A DNA stretch of 51,920 nt, the filler included, from Catajapyx aquilonaris (taxonomy: Eukaryota): assembly GCA_000934665.2 (NCBI GenBank). It is 2 parts of 2 records of this genome, joined end to end, with 100 filler letters (N's around TTAATTAATTAA, not from the genome) between each part and the next. Parts side by side here need not be neighbours in the genome. Positions count along the whole stretch, not along the records: positions 25,906 to 51,920 come from KZ539324.1; 1 more part is not named here. One strand, given 5' to 3'. Every line of letters starts with the position of its first letter. Positions within the stretch are counted from its first letter, which is position 1. Position numbers and translations under genes: made by a program. Shown piece by piece: positions 36,490 to 49,395 of the stretch. The notes under the pieces were generated by a model. That model did not search any database. It was given only the letters and a program-made list of their open reading frames with translations, and was not told where the DNA came from.

Positions 36490-36601
36490 ATTGGCCGAAG
36501 ATCACGCAGCCAATCAGATGACTCCGAGAGACAAATCGGGCCACTCAAATCACGCGATTTACTGCGCCATCCCAGAAGGATGACGTCAATCAATGACGTC
36601 A
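36490..36601. promoter_or_regulatory. Promoter-like cluster: two CCAAT boxes and two perfect CRE palindromes
   Basis: ATTGG at 36490; AGCCAATCAG at 36508; TGACGTCA at 36581 and 36594. Confidence 0.6.
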
Positions 36602-39137
36602 CAAGAATGGGGGACAGGATGGGAAGGATATAAAATTTAAAATATGATATTTTTACTGACTAGTATCACTGAAATAATTTTAACATAAGCAAAAAACATC
36701 AGGGTTAAGCCCTCCAGGTATCACTTTTCATATGCTGTACCGTACTGTACCGCACAAGTCTTAATTTAGTTCATAATTATGTTGGGTTAGCTTGCGTCGT
36801 GATGTTGATGATGATGATGATGATGATTTCCTCTTCAGAAGACAATTGAAGATAAATGAAATTATTTTTGAATGCCACCACTCCAGGCATGGGGATTGCT
36901 CCTTCCCTTCTTACCCCCTAGCTATCATGATTTTGAATTAGCCTACAACAAATAAATACTGTGCATACGTAATACATTGCAAAGTATACCCAAATTCTGT
37001 ACGAAATTATATGCTACATACAGGAAGTGGAAGAAGGCTCCACATACCACAAAAAAAAACCTTCCCGGAAGGTCCCTGACGTCCCTCCCCCTCCTGCCGG
37101 GCTGGACAAGTGGCCGCGGCCGTGTCTTATGGAAGGGAGGGGGGGGGGGGGCTGTAAAACCTCCATTGACGAACTGACCCTTTTTGCCAAGCTTCTTGCA
37201 GGACACCTGCTCTTTTCTCAGACCCAGGCCACGGGTATTTCAAAGACAAGGCCAGGGTTATTTTACAGCTAGGGAAACTGCTGGCCTCCCCTAAACTGTC
37301 ACCCTAATTAGAATTTACAACCTCCCCATCTGGACTTATAAGATGAACGGCAATACTCAAACAACAAGCATCAGTACAATAGTTTCTTTCCAAAACTCAG
37401 CCGGAGCCCTTACGAAAAAAACACTGCACCATTGATAGATTTATCACTTTTAAAACATAACCCCGAAGAGAGGTCACTTACACGCACTACTGGTTTTATA
37501 AATGAGCCATGAGCCTGGTTGCCTGTGGAGTCTGGGAAAAGGTCAGCAGAAGAGGGTATGCTGCATTTCACCACCCTTCGCCCCAAGGGTCGCAAAACCA
37601 TTCCTTGGTGTCGCATGTCACGGCCAAGCTCGAGTCATGCTTCTTGGGTTACTTTCTGGTCAATAACACATTATTTTTGAGAGACATAAATAGCAAGGAG
37701 GTAGAGAGAGTGCAGTGTAGCGGTTGATTGGATATGTGTGGAACATTAATAGAGTGACTGGTGTGGGTGGGTGGCATTCGAGTTCTATGCCTTATTGACA
37801 CGGGTTTCTGCCGCTCAAAAATGCCGAAAATCCTTTATTGGTCTTTGGAACTCTGCCCTCAGGCATTGGAAGGGAGTCCCCCTTGGGAGTCCGGCCTAGC
37901 AGCTAGAAATAGACAAAGAAAATGATGGACAGAGAACTTTCTCAATGCACGTGCGCCCGATAAGGTCAGTGACTTGGGGGTGAGACACAGGTGCAGCAAA
38001 TTAGGGGTGGGGGAAGCCCAGAGGATCCAGTAAGCAACTAATTTGATTTCGCCCAATGTAATACTACGAGTACGTATCCTACAGTTTAGCAGAGTTGAGA
38101 ATGTCACTGAGATACGACACATTGTAAGATTGTAATACTGGAAGTACCCGTTTTACGCCGCTCTATTTTACGTAGTTTCACATTAACGCCGGTTAAAAAA
38201 TTACATTTGAAATTTTTTATCTAAGTTTTTTTGAGAAATTTGAAGATGACAACACAATCTAAACATAAACACATCACTGCAACACTTCTGAGTCCAAACA
38301 CACAACCGTAAAGGCTCTTCTTTTGTTTTTCCTGGTGCCTTGCAGGTGCCTTGTGGCAGGTTCTATCGATATATACAGTACTGTACCGAACCAGGAACCT
38401 CCCATTCATCCATTCATCAATGTTTGGGAAATTAGGCATTAAAAACAGCAATATTAGTACTGCCTATGGGAAATTTTTGGACATTTTGGAACATACTTTC
38501 TTGAATCATATCATCACCATAAGGTAATGTAATTTCACTGTTTACAGGTCTTTTCATGTTGGCGGATCGAAATGTGCACATATAGGGGGTCGCAACTTTT
38601 ACGATACGATTTTTTGGGGTCGCCAACGAAAGAAATTATTATGAAGCACTGAACTAGAGGCAGCCAGCATGCTCTTCCATAATCGGCATGGTCCGCCAGT
38701 GTCAATGTGCCCCAACTGGTGCCCCGTAGGCATTTTTTTTTTTTACCTTTCTAGTCCTCCTGCTCTTGAGTGACAAATATCAAATGGCCATTGATGCTCT
38801 GTCATTTTGTAGGCAGATATTCTGGCTTGCAAACGCATTATTGGGCAGGGTGATCTAGCACTTCCGTTAGAAGAAAAAATAAAAACTAATGAAAATTGGA
38901 CTCAAATGGTCAAAATCGAGAAAATTTTTACTGCCGCCGAGTCTTTTGCTATTGAATAAATTGAAAATAGGATGTAATGTGGAGCATGTATATCTGCACC
39001 TACCACATAAGCATCAGGTCCGTGAACCTAATAGCCTCTTCAAAAATTTGACTGTGCCATCGTACCCCTGTAGCCATCGTGCCCCGGTCTCCCCTATACT
39101 GTACGTTACACCTGAAAAATTAATGCCTTTTCTAATT

Positions 39138-42100
39138 GGGGAACTGTTCTGAAAACCAACAGGAAATTTTAAACTCATGCTTTTGGAAGAACACGCTGTT
39201 ATGTAATGCATAAATTTGCCTTATTTAATGGTACAGTCACCTGCAAAAAAATCTCCAACATTGCATATTTTGGTCAAAATTCGCATATTTCGCAATTTAT
39301 TACGGCGTTATGGTAAACGTGACGGTTATGCCGATTATATTTTGTGATATACTTGGTGACCCCTTAAAGGTTATGCAATAAAACATTTGCTAGCTCCGCG
39401 TGTCGTTGAGATATGCGAGGTGAAAATATGGCAACAAGCGAAAACACGCATATTTCAAAAATTATTTTCTCAAAAACCCCATTTTTTATTTTTATTTTTA
39501 TTTTTTATTTTACACGGACAGACAGGTTTTAAAACGAAGTAGTGTCAACACCCGGTGCATATTTTTTGTAAGTGAGATACAATTTTTTTGTCAGATGATA
39601 AATTTCGTCATTGTGGTACAATATAGCACACTTCATATAAATATTTTCTCGAAGAAGCCATTTAAATATTTAATCGTTATTTTTTGTATAACAAAGTAGC
39701 ATGAGTTCTATTATAAAATTATATCACAATGGCGTAATTTACTGGTACAGTCATCTTTAAAAAAAATCGCCAAAAGTGCTTGTTTTGTTGAAAAGATTCA
39801 CTTAGTACGCAATTTATTATGGAGTTATTATTAAGGTTATACAAATGAAACCAATTATGTACAACGTAGTTAAAGGGCATGTTGTAAGGACAAATAATAT
39901 CATTAATATCTGCATTCAAAGAAGAGGTACACCTGGTCAAAATATGGTCATATGAGAAAGCATGCCTGAAAGATACATTTTTTATTCAAAAATGCCATTT
40001 TTTATTTTTATTTTTTCTTTTGTGTAGATAATGACGCTCTCTGTCAAAAGATATATTACAAACCCGGGGCACATGCGTAGTAATTGAACGATATTATATA
40101 TTTGAATGTTGCTCTGGGTTAAACCCACTTCATGACAAATGTGTAAATTGTCACAAGCTTTCTTTTTTTCACACTTTGGTGCAATCTTGGTAGAAGCAGA
40201 TACTGTGATGTTATTGCATTTTTACACATGAGCATGTTTTCCTCCGAGAGCTGGACGCGGGTCATCCCTTGGGTCATCCCGCCAAACCCTTCCCGAGGCT
40301 GGCTGTCGTAGGGCGGGGTCGGCAAATTTTGTCAAAGGAAATCACAAGGAGGTGCGAAAAGGGCTGGATTTGGGGACATTCTGGTCGAGGCTGAACAAGT
40401 CCCTTCAAACTATCTGCAATACACAAAGGCAGTTCAGTCTGACTGAGATTGAAAGCGAAGTGGAGAAGTTCTTGTGCCGGTAATTAATACGAGGAAGTTT
40501 TGTTGGTGCACATGACATCATTTTATAGTGCAGACCGTGCTCGGTGTGTGGATTACGGGAACAAGTACGAGAAAGTTGTGTACAATGACGCCAAAAACAC
40601 AAAAAGGTTCCGCAAAGTTGGTTCTTTGGCATCTGAGTTGCAGCGATTGGGCTACGACAGAGCGTCGCAGGACGATGAGTTGTGCAGACACTGCTACACA
40701 CATTACATCACTGACATTGTTGCTGCGGCAGAACTGGAAGATCTTTTGACAGAGGGGTAATTCCATGACAGTTCACCCCAAAAAAAATCCAAATGGCACC
40801 CTACATATTCCAATTTTTACGAAATTTGGCACATGTGTTAAGACCGACATCAGTAGTACGTCCGAATATTTTCAAGTAGCAGAGGTCAATAGGTCAGGAG
40901 GACAAAAATGAAAAAAATGCACATTTTACAACATTTTGCCTTATATCTTCGGAACTATACATGCTAGGAGTATGGCCAATATGTCATTTGATTCACAACA
41001 TTATGGAGAATCTACCACATACCTTGATAGAATTTAGTAGCGTAAACTACCCGCAAAAAGTGGGAGGTCAGTGACATGACCTTTGACCCTTTGAGTATGA
41101 CGTAAGGTAGAAACCTGAAAAAAATATCCACGTGTACCTCTGCTGAATGCCTTTCATTTAAAAAATTTTAAGATGAGCAATATGTTTTGCTTTAGAGAGA
41201 AAAAATCCGAAGCGTAACCCCACCCGACCCGGCCCGCAACCGTCGAACGTCGAACGTGGAACGGTTGCGGGCCGGGTCGGGTGGGGTTACGCTTCGGATT
41301 TTTTTTCTCTAAAGCAAAACATATTGCTCATCTTAAAATTTTTTAAATGAAAGGCATTCAGCAGAGGTACACGTGGATATTTTTTTCAGGTTTCTACCTT
41401 ACGTCATACTCAAAGGGTCAAAGGTCATGTCACTGACCTCCTACTTTTTGCGGGTAGTTTACGCTACTAAATTCTATCAAGGTATGTGGTAGATTCTCCA
41501 TAATTTTGTGAATCAAATGACATATTGGCCATACTCCTAGCATGTATAGTTCCGAAGATATAAGGCAAAATGTTGTAAAATGTGCATTTTTTGTTTCATT
41601 TTTGTCCTCCTGACCTATTGACCTCTGCTAGTTGAAAATATTCGGACGTACTACTGATGTCGGTCTTAACACATGTGCCAAATTTCGTAAAAATTGGAAT
41701 ATGTAGGGTGCCATTGCTTGGGTGAACTGTCATGGAATTACCCAGAGAGCGTCATTATCTACACAAAAGAAAAGAAAAGAAATAAAAAATGGCATTTTTG
41801 AATAAAAAATGTATCTTTCAGGCATGTTTTCTCATATGACCATATTTTGACCAGGTTTGAATGCAGATATTAATGATATTATTTGTCCTTACAACATGCC
41901 CTTTAACTACGTTGTACATAATTGGTTTCATTTGTATAACCTTAATAATAACTCCATAATAAATTGCGTACTAAGTGAATCTTTTCAACAAAACAAGCAC
42001 TTTTGGCAATTTTTTTTAAAGATGACTGTACCAGTAAATTACGCCATTGCGATATAATTTTATAATAGAACTCATGCTACTTTGTTATACAAAAAATAAC

Positions 42101-42636
42101 GATTAAATATTTAAATGGCTTCTTCGAGAAAATATTTATATGAAGTGTGCTATATTGTACCACAATGACGAAATTTATCATCTGAAAAAAAATTGTATCT
42201 CACTTACAAAAAATATGCACCGGGTTTTGACACTACTTCGTTTTAAAACCTGTCTGTCCGTGTAAAATAAAAAATAAAAATAAAAAATAAAATGGGGTTT
42301 TTGAGAAAATAATTTTTGAAATATGCGTGTTTTCGCTTGTTGCCATATTTTCACCTCGGATATCTCAACGACACGCGGAGCTAGCAAAGGTTTTATTGCA
42401 TAACCTTTAAGGGGTCACCGAGTATATCACAAAATATAATCGGCATAACCGTCACGTTTACCATAACGCCGTAATAAATTGCGAAATATGCGAATTTCGA
42501 CCAAAATATGCAATGTTGGAGATTTTTTTGCAGGTGACTGTACCATTAAATAAGGCAAATTTATGCATTACATAACAGCGTGTTCTTCCAAAAGCATGAG
42601 TTTAAAATTTCCTGTTGGTTTTCAGAACAGTTCCCC
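39138..42636. mobile_element. Large foldback element with TIRs of about 900 bp (Sola2-like)
   Basis: 39138-40052 is the reverse complement of 40740-40754 plus 41748-42636. GGG…CCC termini; 4-bp flanks AATT/AATA. Confidence 0.8.
40755..41743. mobile_element. Nested near-perfect palindromic element of about 990 bp (Sola2-like)
   Basis: AGAG|GGGTAATTCCATGACAG … CTGTCATGGAATTACCC|AGAG with a 4-bp TSD; loop of about 17 nt at about 41251. Confidence 0.88.
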
Positions 42637-43462
42637 AATACTCATTGAAAGCAATGGAAAAAGTGCACTTCCCGTGAAGGTTATTTTGGTACCCCTTGAA
42701 AGAAATATTAAAATCTCGATAACTAAATTTAATCTCGTAAAACTGATTGCTCCATAAGGGTTCAATTGGATGTGGGTTTCACATGTATTTTTTAAATCGA
42801 AGACCATGACTGGATTGAAATGGAACCAGCCCACTGAAGGAGAAAGGCTTTTAGCACATGCTCTTGAGCATTAACAAGATTTATAAACGTCAGTCATACA
42901 TATTAGTGCATCCAAATATAGACGAATTGTCCCAAAATGTGGGCAGGGTATGGCGAAGATTACGATAAGCCCGGATAAGCCACAGGGTTTTCCGACCTCC
43001 CAAAGAATGACCAGGGCTATACAACTGGCGGACCGCGGTGCAATTTTGTCCGGACCGCGACGATATACAAGTACAACTGCAGTCATATAGGCCTAATTAT
43101 TACAAATGGAAAAATGTTTCAACATGTCCTGCGATAGGCCCTTGAGCCTTGACCCTTTCTGTACATGTTTCCACTTCCAAGAAAATAATGATTCCTACTT
43201 GAACAGACCCCCCCCCCCCNNNNNNNNNNNNNNNNCCCCGTCATTCGTATAGGAAAGGGGTTAGGCTACCATATGGGATCCATTTACTCCTGGGAAAGGA
43301 CAGAAACTATCATCAGTCGCATTTCCTTTTATCTCATTCTTGCAGGTTCTATAATTATTGGGACTTCTCCGAGGTCTTCGTGCAGATAGCCACTGGTTTT
43401 CCAAGTGACATTCCGAACAGGATTGCACAGACCACTCAGCATTCAGCAAACATGGTGCTTCT

Positions 43463-43880
43463 CAGGGTGGTCCAACTTTTTTGTCCGAACAGCTATTGAC
43501 AAATTCGGCCTAAACTGCTTATGTTGTAGTGCGTTACCTGGCAACCCCGGCCGGTGGGCCAATTCAAACATCAGCACATGGAGAGTGCTTAGATGAGCAC
43601 CATGTCGCACCTCTCAGAGTTGGAGTATGTGCAGGTTCTCATGGTGCTCCTCTGCCACTGGGGCCAGGTTAATTGTGTATTATTAGAGCCCTGGAAGCTC
43701 TTGGCCGGATATGGATATGGAATCGACAATGGAAAGAACACTTATTTATTAGCACTCGTCTCCATGTGCTGATGTTTGAATTGGCCCGCCGGCCGGGGTT
43801 GCCAGGTAACGCACTACAACATAAGCAGCTTAGGCCGAATTTGTCAATAGCTGTTCGGACAAAAAAGTTGGACCACCCTG
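43463..43880. mobile_element. Tc1/mariner-type MITE with TIRs of about 130 bp
   Basis: CAGGGTGGTCCAACTTTTTTGTCCG … CGGACAAAAAAGTTGGACCACCCTG|TA. Confidence 0.85.
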
Positions 43881-46800
43881 TATATGTTTATTACGTTTTG
43901 GCCATAATTTTCACTAACCGAAAAAATTCTCCAAAAAGGGTTCATTTCTAGCCTCTTCCAAAATTTCGGGAGCGGACCCTCCTCAGGGCATTGCGAAATA
44001 TGGCTGAAACTTGATATTTAGCATCGGGGCATAGGGGTGTGTATACTAGTATCAGTTATTAGCTCTTGCTAGTATACAGCTGTGATTTCTTTCACCAAAA
44101 TCCGAGATGATCTAGCAACCACAACAACATACATTTTGTTATAGGACTATCAGACGCGAAATATTTTTCAGATACTATATTCCAGCCTTACATTACCTGA
44201 TAGCTATACTGTACTGATGCATTAACTTAACAATAATTGTGACATCCCTAGCTCTCAAATGAACAAAAAAGGCCCCTTTAAAATTTTACGGCCTGTAAAA
44301 CACCGCTTAAAAGCCCGCCGCCTAGCTATGCCTATCGGGTTCCAATGAATGCATATTAAAAACTCTTTAAAAGCTCGTTAAAATGTCAACATGACCACGT
44401 TCAGCCAACTGAGTAGCGCCAAGGCAATTCACACTTTTTTTGACGGACCTTGTGTCCCCATGTCTCGGGAAGTTACCCGCCCAGTTTGAAGAGATTAACC
44501 CTTTCCAGGAGCACCTGCAATTGACGTCAGCCGTCTCTTCGGCGCCACCCAAGCCGGTTCCCTAAAGTCAGACCCAAATTGACCCGTAGACGCCCATAGA
44601 GCCCCCAAATATACAGAAAGGATCCTTCTTTTTGTTATGGGCGCCTACACTTGTGCTATGCCGCGAGCGTGACCTTTTGGGACATGGCGTGGGGTTTCCC
44701 CACGGACAAGAAAATCCTCAAATAAATTTGAATGGGCCTTCCTGGAGAGAAGGGTCCAAAAGACGCCATGGTTTCGGAGGCTCACAAAGGTTAGTGGTCA
44801 ATAAACCAGATCCTGTATAGGAATGCGTGCAACAACGCTTGGCTTTCAAATACAGGACAGGAAGTCCTCTTGCCCACAGGGCAAACATGGGGGCATGGGG
44901 GTCAGGAGTTGTATAGGGAGGCCATCGCCATTTTCAATAGACCACCTGCAACCTACCTGGAAGGACCATAAGCTTCTACCTTTTAGGATTAGCTAGCTAC
45001 CTGCTGATTGTGAGGGGTTCCGCCATTCACAACGACAATAATGGACACGTGGCCTGTGGGAAAAAGGAATGTTTGCCCTGACCGGTGACATCTTGATCCG
45101 GCTTATTGCAGGCTACTCATTGTTGCATATTCGGTTAGCAACAGCCCCGCAAAGCTCAGATTTGCAGTCATATTTTGGTAACACAATCCATGACGCTATT
45201 AGAAAGAAGTTTTCTGCTAGAGCCCACTGTTGGAAAATTAAATAAAACAATCCCACAAGACGTAATAATGCAACATTCAAATTATTCCATAATTTTCGGC
45301 CTTGTATCATACCTGTACCGAATGGTATATCATTGTAAGGCGCATTTTGGCTGGGTTAAGAGTGGTAATATTAGTTGGTGGTGGCATTAATCACAGTTTA
45401 TAAAAGCAGTCTACACCGGGGGTGTCAAGTGTCGACCGAGGAGTTTTTTCTTCGTCCTTTCGCCCAATTGCCCATTGCTGGGGAGTCGGGGGTTGGGGCC
45501 CCCTCCCAACCCATAATACACAATGTAGGCTGCAATATACCATGAAGGAGAGAGAGAAAAGGGGATGGGGAAGTCACAAAAGTGGCAAATTGGACCGTGT
45601 CCTCGCAAAATCCTCCTTTTTGTCTGCTCCACCAATAATAGTCCGGGTAGCAATAACACTGGTCAACAGCCAAAATGTGATGGCTGATAAAACCAGTCAA
45701 TTTTGAATAGTCTTATTGGCGTTATTGCGCTAAATACGAATATGACATGGAAAAAATTATCGATTCTAGTTTCAACTAAACATTACTATGTATGATCACT
45801 TCACTGGCCAATAAGAAAAAACTTCTGTAATGAAAATAGCAAATCTCGACTAATTTCGAGGTGCTCAATACGAAAATGACAATAAAATTTGCCGATTGGC
45901 TCTAGTTTATGAGATACAGAGGCCATGACTGTATATACGACATACAAGGGAACATCGCGAATTTCTATGTGAAGTTCAAGTTCAAAATGTGTTTTTATGG
46001 TTTTTTATATGCTAGAAAGAAAGCACCTTTCCAGAAAAACCCTGGTTCTCAAGAATTCATGAGATACTGTGGTCAAAAGGTGGCCAAAAGGTCAAAAATT
46101 GACCCATTTTGCAAGGTTCTGAGAAGCTGTATTTTATTAGTGATATCGGCGAGGTTTTTGGTGCATAAAGCTGGCAATTATGAATGATGAAATATAAGTG
46201 CACTTTTCAGGGAAGAGGAAGGGGGGAAGCGTCAAAAATGAGTAAAAAACAGTACCTTATAGTGCATGAATGTAAAACGCGTTTTGAGACATTGACCTAG
46301 ACACCCAAGGGGGTGAATTTCATTATTTATTATTGGAACCTTCAAATCATTAAGAAATGGCTACTTTAGTTGGCAACGCCGGCAGTATAAGTGGACCTTT
46401 ACTGGTGCAAGCCATATGTACAGTACGTATTATTACTAGAAATTATTGCGTATTTCTCAGGAATCGTAGCCAATTTTGGGCTTTCATTGTCATATTCGTG
46501 ATCAGCACCTTCAAAATTTGAATCATTAAGAAATGACTACTTTAGTCGGCAACGTCGGCAGTAAAAGTCCGCTTCTATAGAAGCGGACTTTTACTGGTAA
46601 CGCTATAATTATCCTATATGTACGTAATGGTCTATTAATATGTAAAAAAAAACTATTGCGAATTTCTCAGGATTCGTGGCCAATTTTGGATTTTTATATT
46701 CAGCCCGTGTATATTGTATACCCAAAGACAAAGGGAACATTGTTGCTCCGCTCCGTCGTCGTTGGGTCGCGCTGATTGGAGCACACTTTTGCCTGATTTT

Positions 46801-47805
46801 TGAAATGGAAAATTGGCAAACCTGCAGCCCAGAATAGATTCTATTGTCCATTTCTATAGGACAAAATTTTGTATTAGTATTCCATAATAAATACTGTACG
46901 ACGTACTGTACGTACGTGAATAAAGCATTGAAAAATATGTAAATATATTCTTTATGAAAACCTACCAATTGTGTGTGGATGGGCTAGTCGCACCTCCTTG
47001 CAACAATGCACCAATAACGTTGAACTGATTGATTCATCTGATAGATTCTCAGTGTAAACCAAGACCAAACAGAAGAACTGAACTTGAAGGCAGTGGGAAA
47101 TGACTTTATCCCTGGTTCCCCCCACAGAATAGGAATGTTCGGAACCTTCTAAAAAGTCACTGGTTCTCAAACTGTAGACCATGAGCACCAAGGGTTGAAT
47201 ATTATTGTCCCTTTTTGTCACACATTGAAGTATTTAAAATTCAGTATAATTAGGGGAAAAAAGCTTATTCCAAGAATAAGTACTGTATAGTTTAAGTTTT
47301 CTAATTAAAATATTTGAAACACAATAGAACCCTGATTATCCTATGGGTTATGCGACAGTCCTGCTCCGGAAATAAATGTTTTCTCATGAAAATACTGTAC
47401 TGTTCTATGCATTTGTTTGCTATGCATTAGTAAAATTGTAAATACTGTACAGTGCCGTGCACAATAGCATATAACAAGTGTAAACAACGACTTTGGCGTT
47501 ACCTGGCAACTGGGCGTGTTCGGACATCGGCATGTGGAGAGAGTGCTTAGCGTTCTTTCTATTGATGCTGGGCGACCTAGCGACGGGTGTGCATGCTTAC
47601 CAATAAATGCATGGCATCGAAATAAGCGGGCCGAGGGGATATTATTATTTTGAGAAGTCGCTTTGTTATTATCACACTATCATCACTTCCCACGATGGTG
47701 ACCATGGTGGAGTTACAGAATGGCCGGAAAGATGAGAGGGATGTTCTGGGGATGTTCTATAGTAGTATGTTAGTTGCTATGTCTGGTGGTCTATGGTTTA
47801 TACAG

Positions 47806-48816
47806 CAGGGTGATTCATATAAAACTGACATATTTCTTTATTTATTTATTCGGATGGACATGCACATAATGGCCCCTTTATTTTAGTTTCGAATTAAGGT
47901 GCATTCACATATCGGCGACTGCGACTCCGTGCCCGAGTGACGTCGCGTCGCGGCCATGGTGTCGCCCAGCTGCTGGAGGCCCGGTAGCAGAGCTCTTTGG
48001 GGCACTACATTGTGACAGCATCCACTGGATGGGAACTCCGTCGCTGGGGGCACCGCGTCGTGGATCGACGGGGAACAGAATCGGTCGCTGGGCACGGAAT
48101 CGCGTATATGTGAATGCACCTTTAAGCGGGATCCTTTGCAGTTATGATTCCTTGTCAACGCACAGAGCACATGCTATTGGGCCGTCCAAAATCCACACAT
48201 CATTCATGAAACACCAAATAATGCACCCAGTGAAAGTCGGGGTTTGGTGTGCAATCTCCACACAGAGAATAGTGGGACCATTTTTTTTCCACCGGACTGT
48301 TAACACTGAAGAGTACCGACGCATTTTCATGGAGTTTGTTGAGCAACTGGATGACATATAGCTGGGTAAAGGATATTTTCAACAAGACAGTGCCACATGA
48401 CATACATTGAACAAATCCATGGAGAGAGCTCATTGACAGTTTCTTTGTCGACCGGATAATTTCCAAGAATCTGTAGCCACCGAGATCTCCAGATTTGACA
48501 AGCCCGGACTGCTTACTATTGGGTTTGAGTTTACATCACACGCCACGCCCCCGAACGTTGGACGATTTGAAGCAAAACATACACAAGAGATCAATGGTCT
48601 TGACAACAGCATTCTCCAAAGAACGGCCAGCAACATGGAATGACGTGTTGCGCGGGCATAGAGCAGACGGACGACATTTTCAACATTTCCTCTACAGTTT
48701 CGTATTCTCCCAAGTTACTCTACATTTGAGGTACCGGTACAATAAATAAATAAATACACCATTCTTGTTAAAATTAATTGAGAACGAAATGTGTCAGTTT
48801 TATGTGAATCACCCTG
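47806..48816 (+). mobile_element. Degenerate Tc1/mariner (Tc3-like) element with transposase pseudogene
   Basis: TIR CAGGGTGATTCA(T/C)ATAAAACTGACA. Remnants HPVKVGVWCAIS…IVGPFFF…TVN, YFQQDSAT, PPRSPDLTSPD and PRTLDDLKQNI, with stops and frameshifts. Confidence 0.88.
47897..48121. mobile_element. PIF/Harbinger MITE inside the Tc1/mariner element
   Basis: TTA|AGGTGCATTCACATAT … ATATGTGAATGCACCT|TTA. Confidence 0.85.
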
Positions 48817-49395
48817 TACTACGGTACTATGTTGATGTTGATCGTGAAATAAATCAGTTATTCTCAAAACGTTCTGAGAATCAAGACCTGAATCTCACAA
48901 GGTGAAGAAATCCAACATTTCAGACTCTGACAGTAATTCAGAAAGAAAAGGTGTCTCTTACCCAACCAACCCACCCTCTTTCACACCCTCTCACCCACCC
49001 ACTACTCCCCTTTCACCCGTTACACTGGACTTGATTGGGAGTGGATGACATTCAATGTGGACCTTATATTAAATTGTCAGGCAAGAGCATACCGGACTCC
49101 TTCCCCATCATTCAGTAACTCCATGCATCCTGACTCATGCTGGAAAGTGATGATAATAGTGTGATAATAACAAAGAGCCTTCTCAAAACAATTATATCCC
49201 CTCGGCCCGCTTATTCCGAAGCCATGCATTATTGGTAAGCATGCACACCGTCCCGTCGCTAGGTCGCCCAGCATCAATAGAAAGAACGCTAAGCACTCTC
49301 CACATGGCGATGTCCGAACACGCCCAGTTGCCAGGTAACGCCAAAGTCGTTGTTTACACTTGTTATATGCTATTGTGCACGGTACTGTACAGTAG

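Larger units (their letters stand above)
47450..49387. mobile_element. TIR element (arms of about 200 bp, TA flanks) hosting nested insertions
   Basis: 47450-47645 is the reverse complement of about 49190-49387. Confidence 0.8.

Noticed and set aside
44820..44960. Weak F-box-like peptide GLPIQLLTPMPPCL on the - strand
   Set aside because: Too degenerate and interrupted by stops to support a call.
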